From a virus: a stretch of 64,000 bases of DNA. The notes under the pieces were generated by a model. The model had not been told where the DNA came from. It made no database searches and saw only the letters and a program-made list of their open reading frames with translations. Position 1 is the first letter of the stretch, and every line of letters starts with the position of its first letter. Shown here piece by piece: positions 53,901-62,717 of this stretch. The DNA is taken from IMG/VR virus record IMGVR_UViG_3300036828_000389, positions 11,517 to 75,516 of that record. One strand, written 5' to 3'. The translations under genes were made by a program, and so were the position numbers.

Positions 53901-55706
53901 GGCGGCCTCACGGTTGCAGCGTCGGTGACCGAAGTCGCCAGCGTCAGCATGGCTGGTTCAACATCCCTGACGGCGGCCGGTACCAGGACTCAACTCGGCA
54001 CGGTAGCCCTGGCCGGTACAGCTGGGATGGCTGTCGCCGCATCAGTAACAGAAGTCGCCACCGTCGCGCTGTCCGGCACGGCTTCGTTGGCAGCGACCGG
54101 TACCCAAACCCAGTTTGCCACTGTTGCCCTGGCTGGTACTGCGGGCATGACCGTCACCGGTACCTGGGTTCAGGTGGCGGCGGCCAACCTATCGGGCTCG
54201 TCTGGCCTGACGGTGTCGGCCTCAGTCATTGAAGTCGCCTCTGTTCCTCTGTCGGCTGCGTCGGGGATGACAGTCACCGGGACCAGGATTGTGCCCGCAG
54301 CGGTACCCCTATCCGGCACGGGTGGACTCACAGTCAGTGCCTCCGTTGTCGAGGTCGCGGCGGTAAACCTGTCTGGCTCTGGTGCCATGACCGTGGCGGC
54401 GAGTGTTACTGAACTTGCGGCAGTGTCCCTGTCGGGATCCACTGGCCTAGTGGTGGCAGCTGGTGTCACCGAACTGGCCACGGTAGCCATGTCCGGGTCC
54501 ACCGTTATGACCGTCGCGGCCGGTGGCACCCAGGCTGGCCAGGTAACTCTGGCGGCAACGGCCGGGGCCACGGTGTCCGCTTTGGTCACCGAACTGGCCA
54601 CAGTAGCCATGTCCGCCCATGGGAGCCTGGCCACCAACGCGTCCTTAGCTATCACCAGCACCGTGGCTATGGCAGCGAGTGCCGCCCAGACCACCACGTC
54701 CCTGGTGACTCAGCTGGCATCGGTAACTGAGTCGGGCTCGACCACGCTGACGGTCAGCATGGGGGCGGGTCTGGTGACGGCTACGGTCGGGCTGTCGGCG
54801 GCTGCCTCCCTGACTGCGGCGGGCACCGTCATCTATATGCCGTCGGTGGTCTTGGCTGGGACCACGTCCCTGACGGCTACCGGCCTACGAACCGTCCTGG
54901 GGATCGTCAACCTTGCGGGTGTCGCCAGCGTGACCGTCGCGGCCACCGCTGCTTCCTTCGCGCTCGTCGGCCTGGCAGGAGCTACCTCGCTGACGGTCTC
55001 GATATCAGGAACCGAGACAGCCAGCGTTCTCATGACAGCTGCATCGGCCCTGACCCCGGTTGGAACCATGACCAGGTGGGGCGCATTGGCCTGGGCCGCC
55101 AGTGCCAGCATGGTCGTAACTGCGGGCCCTGTTCAGATCGTCGCCCAGGTCACCATGTCCTCCCTGGCGTCCATGGTGGTGGCCGGGTTCTTGCCCCAGA
55201 CCGTTCAGGGACAAGTCCAGATGGGCGCCACGGCACATCTGGTGGCCGCGGCCGGGGAACAGGAGATCGCCAATGTCACTATGTTGGTCAACGCCGTCTT
55301 GCTCGCCAGTGGATTCCTGCCCCAGACGATTCAGGGTCAGGTGGCCATGGCAGCCCTCACCAACCTGGTCGCGACCGGACTGATCAACCCGGTTATCTTC
55401 CTCCATATGAGCGCATCGACATCCCTCACGACTACGGCCCATGTGCTGGAGGTGTCGCAGTCGGTCCTCACGGCCAGAGCATCCATGACTGTCTACGCCA
55501 CGACGGCTGCACCAGTCCGAGTGGATATGTATGCCAACACGGCGATGACGGTGACAGCTGTTGTCGAAACGCCAGCTGGAGTCCCTGAGATGCCCTCCCT
55601 GGAGGATCAGATCATCGGCGTGGCGGGAGAGGATCCCATCCTGATGGGAGCGTCTGGCTACTTGAATGAGCTATTTACTTCTCGGCTGCTGAGTGATTCG
55701 GAGTAG
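50919..55706 (+). CDS. 1595-aa virion fibre/decoration protein with duplicated beta-domains and 20-aa repeats
   Basis: A/T/G/S/V-rich; two lectin-like DDF..W domains; repeat V.LSG..GxTV.A.VTEVA. Confidence 0.8.
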   Translation: MAYALVGTIGAVSQGAASAAVTAAWGTSENRTANNLLTCSVSGTGIATLPTTPAGWSIGVQRAGTSCSVTVYYKVAAGADAAPTIAAVTSAVWAVQLAEYSGGAASPADQSGGNSATTSPLVATCGAADAGAGDLVIGCQALLNSAARTNATWSPAFNNGATATSNVNNAATSTANHYGFVYGTTTGNAAADTHTLTFTTTSVTGCAVAMASFKLTPVQAGTATLSATAGMTVAGTSPRPYLVAQGPINQGTGTLAPTFGQPTTAGNLLVCLISENANSPIVTNPNGAWVLAGRQAQNYGIIYYRPNCLASESPPTFTDGSCGGQGTAILLEFGNVATSSPLDLTTNTQGSSNPYTLTQGAPSAAPGELLIAVAGASASEASGSLTFNNATAVNIASNTAHVVNYQMVYGIGTTNATADSTTVTYSATPGVYGAVFVSFKGTGPSTIVGAVALHATAGMTAIATTVSGSASFSTLADDFNSGSINSTTWTNGSPSQISVVAGQLQVATVTAAQENQLYTNSFYDLTSSYVSMQLVSAGNTALTSLDMYPVLLQDSGGTNQLYWYQNNGFLAAYQNVAGTSTQVFLVSYNSTNQQWLRIREAAGTTYWEYSADGSTWTVAHSVANPIPVTSLRLIMQAGTFSTATSASTVIFDNVNTTPASGAFVGTATASMSVAASITEVSSVALAGTAGLTVTPTPVFGSLQDNFDTNVIDATKWNASNTTQVTAASQRINIASTTAPAVYYLASTHFYELEGSGVVVQCGVGSQAINSFETYPILIEVDGNNQLYFYVLQGFIAAYTVIGGTQTQVASVAYSATSHAWLQISATPTTVYWWTSPDGHTWTQFASAALNVIFNQPMQFYFQAGTYNTEVSTTSSWIDNVNLQPSAVNLSGSTGMTVGALVTEVASVTLAGGAALNVSALVTEVSSVSMSSTTSLIATSSTAAIDFGTVVLTGTAGMVVSAAVTEVASVLESANAGMTVTGVQVQFGAVALSGTGGLTVAASVTEVASVSMAGSTSLTAAGTRTQLGTVALAGTAGMAVAASVTEVATVALSGTASLAATGTQTQFATVALAGTAGMTVTGTWVQVAAANLSGSSGLTVSASVIEVASVPLSAASGMTVTGTRIVPAAVPLSGTGGLTVSASVVEVAAVNLSGSGAMTVAASVTELAAVSLSGSTGLVVAAGVTELATVAMSGSTVMTVAAGGTQAGQVTLAATAGATVSALVTELATVAMSAHGSLATNASLAITSTVAMAASAAQTTTSLVTQLASVTESGSTTLTVSMGAGLVTATVGLSAAASLTAAGTVIYMPSVVLAGTTSLTATGLRTVLGIVNLAGVASVTVAATAASFALVGLAGATSLTVSISGTETASVLMTAASALTPVGTMTRWGALAWAASASMVVTAGPVQIVAQVTMSSLASMVVAGFLPQTVQGQVQMGATAHLVAAAGEQEIANVTMLVNAVLLASGFLPQTIQGQVAMAALTNLVATGLINPVIFLHMSASTSLTTTAHVLEVSQSVLTARASMTVYATTAAPVRVDMYANTAMTVTAVVETPAGVPEMPSLEDQIIGVAGEDPILMGASGYLNELFTSRLLSDSE
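53577..55565 (+). repeat. About 30 degenerate 20-aa (60-nt) coding repeats
   Basis: VNLSGSTGMTVGALVTEVAS / VTLAGGAALNVSALVTEVSS / VALSGTGGLTVAASVTEVAS ... Confidence 0.8.
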
Positions 55707-55707
55707 C

Positions 55708-56310
55708 TCAGCCGATCACACAAGCCCAGATGTTGTTCTGCCCACCCTTGCCGTTGAGGGTGATCTCTTGCAGCTTTGACCCCGCAGGACAGGTGAACGT
55801 GCCTGCTGGCCCTATTGGCCCCCTGGCCCCGGTGGCCCCGGTGGCTCCCGTCGCTCCCGTCGCGCCCACGGGCCCCGATGATCCGGTCGCACCCGTCTTC
55901 CCCGTAGCTCCCGCCGCTCCTGCGGGACCGGGAGGCCCAGCAATCCCAGCAGCACCGTTGTTTCCAGCCGTGCCAGCTGCACCTGGTTGACCCTGCGCTC
56001 CGGTTGACCCGGCAGATCCCGTTGATCCGGTCGATCCTGCTGCACCTGTCCCCCCTGACCCTGAGCTACTAGCGGTGTTGGCGCCGTTCCTCCCGGCTGG
56101 TCCGATTGGCCCCTGGATTCCCGGCGGTCCCTGTGGGCCCGGCAAGCCTGTACTCCCAGGAGGACCGGTAGAACCTGGCGGTCCTACTATCGTAGACGCA
56201 GGCGCAGCGGGGTTCGCCTGAACCAGTGCTATGGCACAGATGATGAACAGCAATCCTGAGATGACGAGTAACGCCGCTCCGTTACTGAAGATCCTTCGGA
56301 TCAGTTTCAT
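55708..56310 (-). CDS. Membrane-anchored collagen-like protein in lysis cassette
   Basis: N-terminal TM segment, long Gly-X-Y tract, C-terminal Cys pair. Confidence 0.75.
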   Translation of the reverse strand: MKLIRRIFSNGAALLVISGLLFIICAIALVQANPAAPASTIVGPPGSTGPPGSTGLPGPQGPPGIQGPIGPAGRNGANTASSSGSGGTGAAGSTGSTGSAGSTGAQGQPGAAGTAGNNGAAGIAGPPGPAGAAGATGKTGATGSSGPVGATGATGATGATGARGPIGPAGTFTCPAGSKLQEITLNGKGGQNNIWACVIG

Positions 56311-56566
56311 CCTCTTCACCCCCATTCAGCTTCGGAGGCTTGATCCCATGTTCCGCTAAGTCAAGCAAAAGCTCGTAGTTGTGTCGTTCGGCCTCGATAC
56401 GCAACCGGCGTTCATCGGCCAGCATGAGGTTGACGGTATCGAGATCCGTCTTGGCCGCCTTGCGCTCCTTGCTGCGAACTGTCCTGATCGCCAGCAGGAT
56501 TCCCCCGATGGCTGTGATGACTCCAGCTATTCCCGCGATGAGGGCGATGAGATCGGTAACGCTCAT
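56282..56566 (-). CDS. Single-TM coiled-coil membrane protein (lysis accessory)
   Basis: LIALIAGIAGVITAIGGILLAI followed by charged helix. Confidence 0.7.
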   Translation of the reverse strand: MSVTDLIALIAGIAGVITAIGGILLAIRTVRSKERKAAKTDLDTVNLMLADERRLRIEAERHNYELLLDLAEHGIKPPKLNGGEEDETDPKDLQ

Positions 56567-56844
56567 TCATCTTGCTTGGCTCTCCTCGACACAGCGAGGA
56601 GCATGGTCTCGACAGGGATGATGCCAATCAGGATCAGCCCAGTGATGATGTAGGCGATGTTCTTGCTCGTAGCAGTGACTGAGTAGGTGATGAGCCACAC
56701 CCCCAGGATGAAAATGGCTATCTGTCTGAGGTAGACCAGCCACCGGGGAACCTCAACTGTGTTGTTGCTACTGAGGTGTTCTGCCAGACGTTCAAGGGTA
56801 CCGACCGGCTTGGGCGTAGGTTCCCGGCCTGGTACGGAGGACAT
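56563..56844 (-). CDS. Putative holin (2 TM)
   Basis: Two TM segments, coupled directly downstream of endolysin. Confidence 0.65.
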   Translation of the reverse strand: MSSVPGREPTPKPVGTLERLAEHLSSNNTVEVPRWLVYLRQIAIFILGVWLITYSVTATSKNIAYIITGLILIGIIPVETMLLAVSRRAKQDE

Positions 56845-57629
56845 CAGGTCACAGGCGCGTTCCAGGCGGCAGCCCAGGTTTCCGGACCCACCACCCCGTC
56901 CACTCCTAGCCCCTTCTCTTGCTGGAACTGCGTGCAGACCCGCTCGCTCTCTCCCCCGTACATATCATCGACACCGATGGCCCAACCTCTAGCCGCCATC
57001 TGCTGCTGCCATTGTCTGGTGCCGTGGCCCTGCGTGAAGTTGACCAGCAGCGTGCCGGGGAAGGGCGGGGCAGCCCCTGTAGCGGGTGGTGGCGTAGGAC
57101 TGGGGGCGACGGGCGCCCCACCACTGGCTATGGAGAGGACGTGATCCATGGGGAAGCCGGACCCGCAGTCAACGTGGCCCCCACCCCAGCTGCCCAGGTC
57201 GATGTGCTGGCACACGCCTCGTCCGCTGCCCTGAGCCTGGCTGGCACTGAGCCTGACGATAGGAATCCCGAAGGCGGCGGCTTCTTCTTTGACCCACTGA
57301 GCGATGTTGTTCAGCATGTTGGTGTGGTTGTTCATCCACTCAGCTGTCGACCAGGCTGCGAATCCACAAGCCTCAATTTGACAGGCCACTGGGTTCGCAT
57401 TTGAGGCCGTCCAAGCTTTATTGCCCCGCTTGACGTACTCACCCACCGTGTTGACCTTGTCGTCCGCGCCCGTATGGCTGGATACCCCGCTGGACGAAGA
57501 GGCAAAAAAGTTGCCCAACGACTCGATGGTTCTTGATCCCTCAGCAGTATGCAGCACCAGGAGCCTGACGCCTGAGCCGCCCCGGCTGGAGTAGTTGGGG
57601 CTGGGGATCCAGACACGATTGAGGGCCAT
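56844..57629 (-). CDS. Endolysin: N-acetylmuramoyl-L-alanine amidase + PG-binding domain
   Basis: SPNYSSR, VLHTAEG, VSSH, AWT..N..QIE, HVDCG..FP; FQQEKGLGVDGVVGPETW. Confidence 0.92.
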   Translation of the reverse strand: MALNRVWIPSPNYSSRGGSGVRLLVLHTAEGSRTIESLGNFFASSSSGVSSHTGADDKVNTVGEYVKRGNKAWTASNANPVACQIEACGFAAWSTAEWMNNHTNMLNNIAQWVKEEAAAFGIPIVRLSASQAQGSGRGVCQHIDLGSWGGGHVDCGSGFPMDHVLSIASGGAPVAPSPTPPPATGAAPPFPGTLLVNFTQGHGTRQWQQQMAARGWAIGVDDMYGGESERVCTQFQQEKGLGVDGVVGPETWAAAWNAPVT

Positions 57630-57826
57630 CAGCTGGCCTCATCCTGGTCAAAGGGACGGCCTCTACGCCGCTCTGCCTCGACACGACGGGGATCGTCGCG
57701 CTCCAGCCAACGCCCATCCTCGTCGTCGTCCAGGGGGCCCCGGTGGAGATCTACCGGCTCTCTGTCGGGTTCCCTCATGGGCTCTACATCGGTGTCGGGA
57801 TCGAATTCGAGATCTCCTGTAGCCAT
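57629..57826 (-). CDS. Small acidic hypothetical protein
   Basis: SD AAGGAG; TGATG coupling to endolysin. Confidence 0.6.
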   Translation of the reverse strand: MATGDLEFDPDTDVEPMREPDREPVDLHRGPLDDDEDGRWLERDDPRRVEAERRRGRPFDQDEAS

Positions 57827-57836
57827 GCGTGGCTCC

Positions 57837-58499
57837 TTAGCCTTGTCCAGCGAAATCGATGTCGAGGAACGTGCTGATGCTCCCGGTAGTAATAACCAGG
57901 GCGTTGTTGGATTGAGTGACGATCCGGAAGGTATCCCCCACGTTCAGGTAAACCCGGTCGGTCAGGAATCCACTCTGCTGTTCTGCTGCTTGTCTGGCAG
58001 CTGTCACATCCGAACGATTTGCCACCGTGGTTCCGTTTACCTGGAAGTTGATGATGCAATAGTCGTTGTTCGCCTGAGCGGTGTACTTGATGACCGTTGT
58101 TACCAGAAAGAGGGCCGCGACGGGGGAGGTGAAGACACCAGTAGTGGTGTTGTAGAGCGAATAGGGGTCACGGCTTGCGCTGTCGTAGGTCAGCAGGGTG
58201 GGTGTCGTACTGAGGTTGGTGGCGATATTGAGGTAGACCCGAGAGTGCAGCACATCGCGAGCCCGGTACCAGTTGCCGTTGCGGACGCCGTTTGCGGCAA
58301 TCCAGATGTCGCCCATCACGTCGGTGAAGGTCTGGATGCCGCTGCCGGACGTGACCGGTGCAGGCATGGCCGCCACGGTGGCAGCCTGCGTTAGCAGGAA
58401 GTGCCGGGTGGACACGTCCTGGGCGCTGACCGGGTCAGGGACGTTGACAGGCTTGGTGCTGGCCCCGTAGTCGGTGTTGACGTAGCTCCTGGTTGGCAT
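57837..58499 (-). CDS. Fibre-tip protein with C1q-like domain
   Basis: YNTTTGVFTSPVAALFLVT..LNVGDT; N-terminus paralogous to upstream gene. Confidence 0.7.
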   Translation of the reverse strand: MPTRSYVNTDYGASTKPVNVPDPVSAQDVSTRHFLLTQAATVAAMPAPVTSGSGIQTFTDVMGDIWIAANGVRNGNWYRARDVLHSRVYLNIATNLSTTPTLLTYDSASRDPYSLYNTTTGVFTSPVAALFLVTTVIKYTAQANNDYCIINFQVNGTTVANRSDVTAARQAAEQQSGFLTDRVYLNVGDTFRIVTQSNNALVITTGSISTFLDIDFAGQG

Positions 58500-59362
58500 C
58501 AGGCGCCGATGATGACGACTCGTAGAGCGTTCGGAGCATTGGTGTCCACGCTGATTCCCACCGTGTTGGGCGACGGGATGGTGACGCCTACCGCCACACT
58601 CTGGAGGGTCACCGTGTCCCAGACTTGGACGATGACATCGGTGGTGCCCATGTTGTGGGTGACGGTGTAAGGCGAGCCCGCAGCTGTCACAGCTGAGAGG
58701 GTGGAGGCCACCACGACGGCCAAGCCCTTGTCCACAGCGGGAGCCAGAGGGCTGCTGGCCAGGCCACCCAGGCTCATGTTGGAGCGAGCCGCCGCTGCGC
58801 TGGTGGTACCGGTGCCACCCTGGGCGATGGAGACCACGCCCGCCACGCCAGCGCTGACCAGAACCCAGGTCTGGCCGGTCAGGCCGATGCTGACCGGGTC
58901 TGTTGTCTGGATCCAGGCAGTGTTGCCGTTGGTGGTCCCGTTCTTGATGTAGATGCCAGTGCCGCCGCTCAGTTCGGGATCGGCGTTGGCGTCCGGAGAG
59001 CGCGTCAGTATCCAGGGAGAGGAGGCGCCGCCCAGGCTGCTGGCCACGTAGATACCGTCGTTGATGTTGTTGCTCTCGTTCTTGACCAGGACGCGGTCGT
59101 TGACCAGTACGGCATAGTTGTCCAGACTGCCCAGGGGGCCGTTCGTGCTGGCCGTGAGGGTCATCGCACTGCTGCTGTAGGTGTTGGCTGGGAGTGCAGC
59201 TGTGGTCCCTACTTCGGCCTCCTCCTTCCAGCGGGTGCCGGTGACCACCAGATTGTCCACGTAGTGCTTGGTGGCGGCATCCTGAGGGGCGATGGGATCA
59301 GGGACGTTGAAGGGGCGTACCGCACCCTGGTAGTCGATGTTGGCGTACTGCTTGGTGGGCAT
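58499..59362 (-). CDS. Tail/neck fibre protein
   Basis: PQDAATKHYVD, DRVLVKNE..NDGIY, IAQGGTG, THNMGT.DV.VQV. Confidence 0.75.
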   Translation of the reverse strand: MPTKQYANIDYQGAVRPFNVPDPIAPQDAATKHYVDNLVVTGTRWKEEAEVGTTAALPANTYSSSAMTLTASTNGPLGSLDNYAVLVNDRVLVKNESNNINDGIYVASSLGGASSPWILTRSPDANADPELSGGTGIYIKNGTTNGNTAWIQTTDPVSIGLTGQTWVLVSAGVAGVVSIAQGGTGTTSAAAARSNMSLGGLASSPLAPAVDKGLAVVVASTLSAVTAAGSPYTVTHNMGTTDVIVQVWDTVTLQSVAVGVTIPSPNTVGISVDTNAPNALRVVIIGA

Positions 59363-59373
59363 CTGGACCCCTT

Positions 59374-60408
59374 TCAGATAATGATGGCGAAGCCAGCTAC
59401 TGGGCCCGCTTCTGGTTCAACTTGAACGGTGAAGGGAGTGATCTGAACGATGGCAGCCTCAATCGAATCCCCCCCGGTGTCGAAGATCTGGATCTGGGGG
59501 TAGTAGCCGAAGTTGTGGTTGATGATCCAGGTCGAACTGGGCGTGGTCTGGTTGAACTTCAGATAGTTGAGAGTCGTGCCCCCAGGTGTGGGGATTGGGG
59601 GAGGCTGGCCACCCGCGCTCCTCGATATCCAGGCCAGGTTGTCCAGGAATAGCTGCCCACTGGTGTTCTTCGCCGGAAAGCGCAGCACGACATTGCCGTC
59701 GGTCTGCACGTCCACCCGGTAGACCCGGGCTGGTGTCACGTCCTCGATGGCCGAGAAGACAGAGTTGCTCGTCGGGAGGGCACCGGACGGGACTTGCATG
59801 ATGATCGAACCGTCGGGCGGATTGCCGCCGGGGTAGAACACCTCGCCGCTCAGCTGGCAACGTCCGAAGGCATTGCTCATGAACAGGACCGGTGAGTTCG
59901 CCACAGCCTTCCAGGGCGGCACCACATTGTTGATCACGTCCTGCCACTGAGGAGCGAAGGAGATCAGCTGCTCGACGCCACCTGGTGGTCCCTGGGGCCC
60001 GGTGAGTCCCTGGGCGCCGGTCGGACCGACCGCTCCCTGACCTCCGGCGGCTCCTGGCGGACCAGCCGGGCCGGACGGCCCCTGAGGCCCAGCTGCGATG
60101 TTCAGGGTCATCCAGTGAGCTACTGGGTCGTAGAAGTGAACGATGTAGCTGGTGGTGCCGACCAGCCAGACCATGCCCGTCTGATTGGCGGGTGGCACAG
60201 CAGGTAAGTGGCTGGTGTCTGGGACCACGGCTGCGATCAGGAAGCCACCTGGAGGCCCCTGGACACCGGCCGGACCAGGCCCACCAGGAGGGCCCACTGC
60301 TCCCTGGAGGCCCCCAGCCCCCCGGGGACCGGGCGGGCCTGGCGGGCCCGGCAGCCCTGGCGTGAGGATCTCGATGATGTTGTCTTGGGGTGTGGTGACA
60401 GTGGACAT
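59374..60408 (-). CDS. Collagen-like fibre protein
   Basis: Two Gly-X-Y tracts; C-terminal [20 protein letters not shown]. Confidence 0.8.
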   Translation of the reverse strand: MSTVTTPQDNIIEILTPGLPGPPGPPGPRGAGGLQGAVGPPGGPGPAGVQGPPGGFLIAAVVPDTSHLPAVPPANQTGMVWLVGTTSYIVHFYDPVAHWMTLNIAAGPQGPSGPAGPPGAAGGQGAVGPTGAQGLTGPQGPPGGVEQLISFAPQWQDVINNVVPPWKAVANSPVLFMSNAFGRCQLSGEVFYPGGNPPDGSIIMQVPSGALPTSNSVFSAIEDVTPARVYRVDVQTDGNVVLRFPAKNTSGQLFLDNLAWISRSAGGQPPPIPTPGGTTLNYLKFNQTTPSSTWIINHNFGYYPQIQIFDTGGDSIEAAIVQITPFTVQVEPEAGPVAGFAIII

Positions 60409-60848
60409 CAGGTTCCTCTCACTGCCAGCTGGGGGGTGGCTTGTGGTGTGACCTGAGTGATGTTGGGGTCGACATTGAAGTAGCCCCGCATGATCCGTTG
60501 TAGCGCACCAGCTGGGTTGTATTGAGCGAACAGGTCGTAGACGTAGGACCGGCCGATGCCCCAGATCCCCACAGCCTGTACGGCACCGGGGTAGTTGCCC
60601 CACTGGAAGGCAGCCAGGCTGTCACTGTGCGAGATGGACAGCTGGATCGATGCTCCGTCATCGGCACTGATCAGGCATCTCCCGCTGGGTGCGTCCAGCC
60701 GTAGTACCAGGACTTTGTTGGAGTTGCGGATCTCCATGACAGCTGCGTCGAGCGGCACCAGGAGACCGGTGCCCGGGTCTCTCAGTCGGATGGTCTTCTG
60801 CCAGTCGGCCCCCGCGTCGAGAGTGAAGTCGTAGAGGACGAGCGGCAT
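60408..60848 (-). CDS. Virion structural adaptor protein
   Basis: [28 protein letters not shown]. Confidence 0.65.
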   Translation of the reverse strand: MPLVLYDFTLDAGADWQKTIRLRDPGTGLLVPLDAAVMEIRNSNKVLVLRLDAPSGRCLISADDGASIQLSISHSDSLAAFQWGNYPGAVQAVGIWGIGRSYVYDLFAQYNPAGALQRIMRGYFNVDPNITQVTPQATPQLAVRGT

Positions 60849-61354
60849 TACCAGACCAGCTGCTGGCTGAAGAAGTCGGGCTGCTGGGTGTCGTTCACGA
60901 TCTCCTCACCCTTGACCTGCTCACCGAGTGCGGAAACAGTCAAGTACTGGCCGTGAACGAACCCCTGCTTCTCGTATTTCGTGACGCGGTAGATGTTGTT
61001 GTCGTACTGGAACCGGTCACGGAAGTGGGAGGCAGTGAAGAGCGGGCTGATCCGCATGCGGTCGTTCGCCTCCGTCACCTGGAAGCAGACGCTGGCTGTC
61101 GACAGGACGTAGAAGCCTGCGTCGGTGTCGATGGGGTCGTCCTGGCGGAAGTCGAGGAACATGACCGGCAGGACGATAGGTGGGTACCAGACTCGGCTGG
61201 GCCCCTCGTCGTAGACCTCATCCTTGGTTGACGCCATGGCGTTGTACTCAAACCACAGGACGCTCTCGCCCCAGACTCGCTGGTAGTTCCGCATGATCTC
61301 GTTCATGCGGATCATGCGGTCCTTGAAGTACCAGGCAGGCGTGTAGAGCGGCAT
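60848..61354 (-). CDS. Putative head-closure/neck protein
   Basis: SD AAGGA; GESVLWFEY..DEVYDEG; structural context. Confidence 0.6.
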   Translation of the reverse strand: MPLYTPAWYFKDRMIRMNEIMRNYQRVWGESVLWFEYNAMASTKDEVYDEGPSRVWYPPIVLPVMFLDFRQDDPIDTDAGFYVLSTASVCFQVTEANDRMRISPLFTASHFRDRFQYDNNIYRVTKYEKQGFVHGQYLTVSALGEQVKGEEIVNDTQQPDFFSQQLVW

Positions 61355-61482
61355 CAGCGTTTCCTTCTCAAGATGACCCTGCCGGTCCACTCATGGCTGG
61401 GGTGTTCCCAGCGCTCACCGCAGCGAGCGCAGATGGTTCGGTCCTTGTCATCGAGGGGCCCCGGTGCCCAGAAGTGGCTCAC
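61354..61482 (-). CDS. 42-aa Zn-finger mini-protein (not in ORF track)
   Basis: MSHFWAPGPLDDKDRTICARCGERWEHPSHEWTGRVILRRKR; GTGA and TGATG overlaps. Confidence 0.55.
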   Translation of the reverse strand: MSHFWAPGPLDDKDRTICARCGERWEHPSHEWTGRVILRRKR

Positions 61483-62594
61483 CACCAGCCCACCCACCCC
61501 GTGTTGATGGTTGTCCATGACCAGTAGTACCCCTGGCCCTTGGTCGGGTCCACGTCCCGGGTTGGATCGATATTCGTGTTGGGCTGGGTGCAGGTGTAGC
61601 GGTGGTTCTGATAATCGATCAGGTCATGGACTTGGTAGGCCCGGGTCGGATCCCAGGTGCCCTGGTAGGTGTACAGCTGCTGGGTCACGTCGATATTCGG
61701 AAGCGACCTCTGCGGCCACGTCAGGTCGTCGTACTCCTTGGAGCGGTAGATGGGCACCAACCTCTTCGTGGTCCGGCTGACGCGACGCAGGCGCGACATG
61801 GTGATGCGATAGAGCCCCACCCCCAGGGCGCTCGACAGCGTCAGGTACTGCTGCTGGAGCGCATTGATCATGCTGTTGATCTGCTGGAAGGTCTGCGAGA
61901 TCGGGATGGTCACGCCGTCCGGGGTATGGACATCGTGCTGCTGGGCGGCGCCGACAGCCATGTCCCACAGGGCCATGATCGTGACCAGGATGGAGATGGG
62001 GTACTCCTCCACCTCCGAGATCATGATGGGTGCAGGCACGCCGTAGCTGATGGGTTGGCCGGTGGTGCCCAGTGGCGGTCCCATGGGCGACGGGTAGCCG
62101 GTGTCGAGGGTCTCGGTGGGCTCCGTGCCGTAGGTGTGCTGGATGTACGCCGTGCGGATGTACAGGTCAAGCTCAGGGGGCAGGAAGTCCCGGTAGAACG
62201 TGCCCTGCGCCACCATGAGCAAGCCCTGGGCGGGCGCCGTCCGGAAGGTCAGGATGCCTCCGTGGTCATCCAGGACGTAGTCGGTGCCCAGGGTCTGGCC
62301 CATGGTCCCGCCCTGGGACGTGTCCGTCAAGACCACCTGGATGGAGTCGGCCTGGACGTTCTCCACCGGCAACTCAAATCGCCAGGCCACACCCGAGCAG
62401 GTCTGACGGCACAGGAACGGCCGGGGCAGATCCCGAAGACGGAGTCGTGTCAGCTGTGCGATCCGCTGGGTCGAAGACGGATTGACGGGCGGGTAGTTGT
62501 AGTAGCCCTGATCGGTGTCGGGATACTCGCCAGGCGTACCCGCGGTGATGTCATAAGGATTCGGTAGACCTGACGGTCCGGTCACCAGGCTCAC
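61479..62594 (-). CDS. Putative head-tail connector/neck protein with C-terminal CBM5/12-like domain (leaderless)
   Basis: TAGCCT-6 nt-GTG; TPDGVTIP..LRRVSRTT.RLVP; YQGTWDPTRAYQVHDLIDYQNHRYTC. Confidence 0.7.
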   Translation of the reverse strand: MSLVTGPSGLPNPYDITAGTPGEYPDTDQGYYNYPPVNPSSTQRIAQLTRLRLRDLPRPFLCRQTCSGVAWRFELPVENVQADSIQVVLTDTSQGGTMGQTLGTDYVLDDHGGILTFRTAPAQGLLMVAQGTFYRDFLPPELDLYIRTAYIQHTYGTEPTETLDTGYPSPMGPPLGTTGQPISYGVPAPIMISEVEEYPISILVTIMALWDMAVGAAQQHDVHTPDGVTIPISQTFQQINSMINALQQQYLTLSSALGVGLYRITMSRLRRVSRTTKRLVPIYRSKEYDDLTWPQRSLPNIDVTQQLYTYQGTWDPTRAYQVHDLIDYQNHRYTCTQPNTNIDPTRDVDPTKGQGYYWSWTTINTGWVGWW

Positions 62595-62600
62595 AGGCCC

Positions 62601-62648
62601 AGGCTACTGACGGGTGGTCTCGGTCCCAGAGTCACCCGGCGTTACGCT
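62601..62648. promoter_or_regulatory. Divergent late promoters sharing a palindromic box
   Basis: GGGTGGTCTCGG(62612,+)..TACGCT(62643); GGGTGACTCTGG(62637,-)..TAGCCT(62606). Confidence 0.65.
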
Positions 62649-62717
62649 CGCTTTGACCGGGCTGCTTTCCCCGGCCAGTAGTACCCAGCGAAGTTCAGAG
62701 CCTATATCGGACGGCAA

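Noticed and set aside
55800-56185. GC-rich 9-nt periodic repeats
   Set aside because: Explained by collagen Gly-X-Y coding, not a DNA-level element.
4564-62567. Many long antisense ORFs (e.g. 4564..5529, 7420..8865, 13850..14710, 15898..16869, 36354..37349, 61602..62567)
   Set aside because: They mirror well-supported genes on the other strand and lack SD, promoter or domain signatures.
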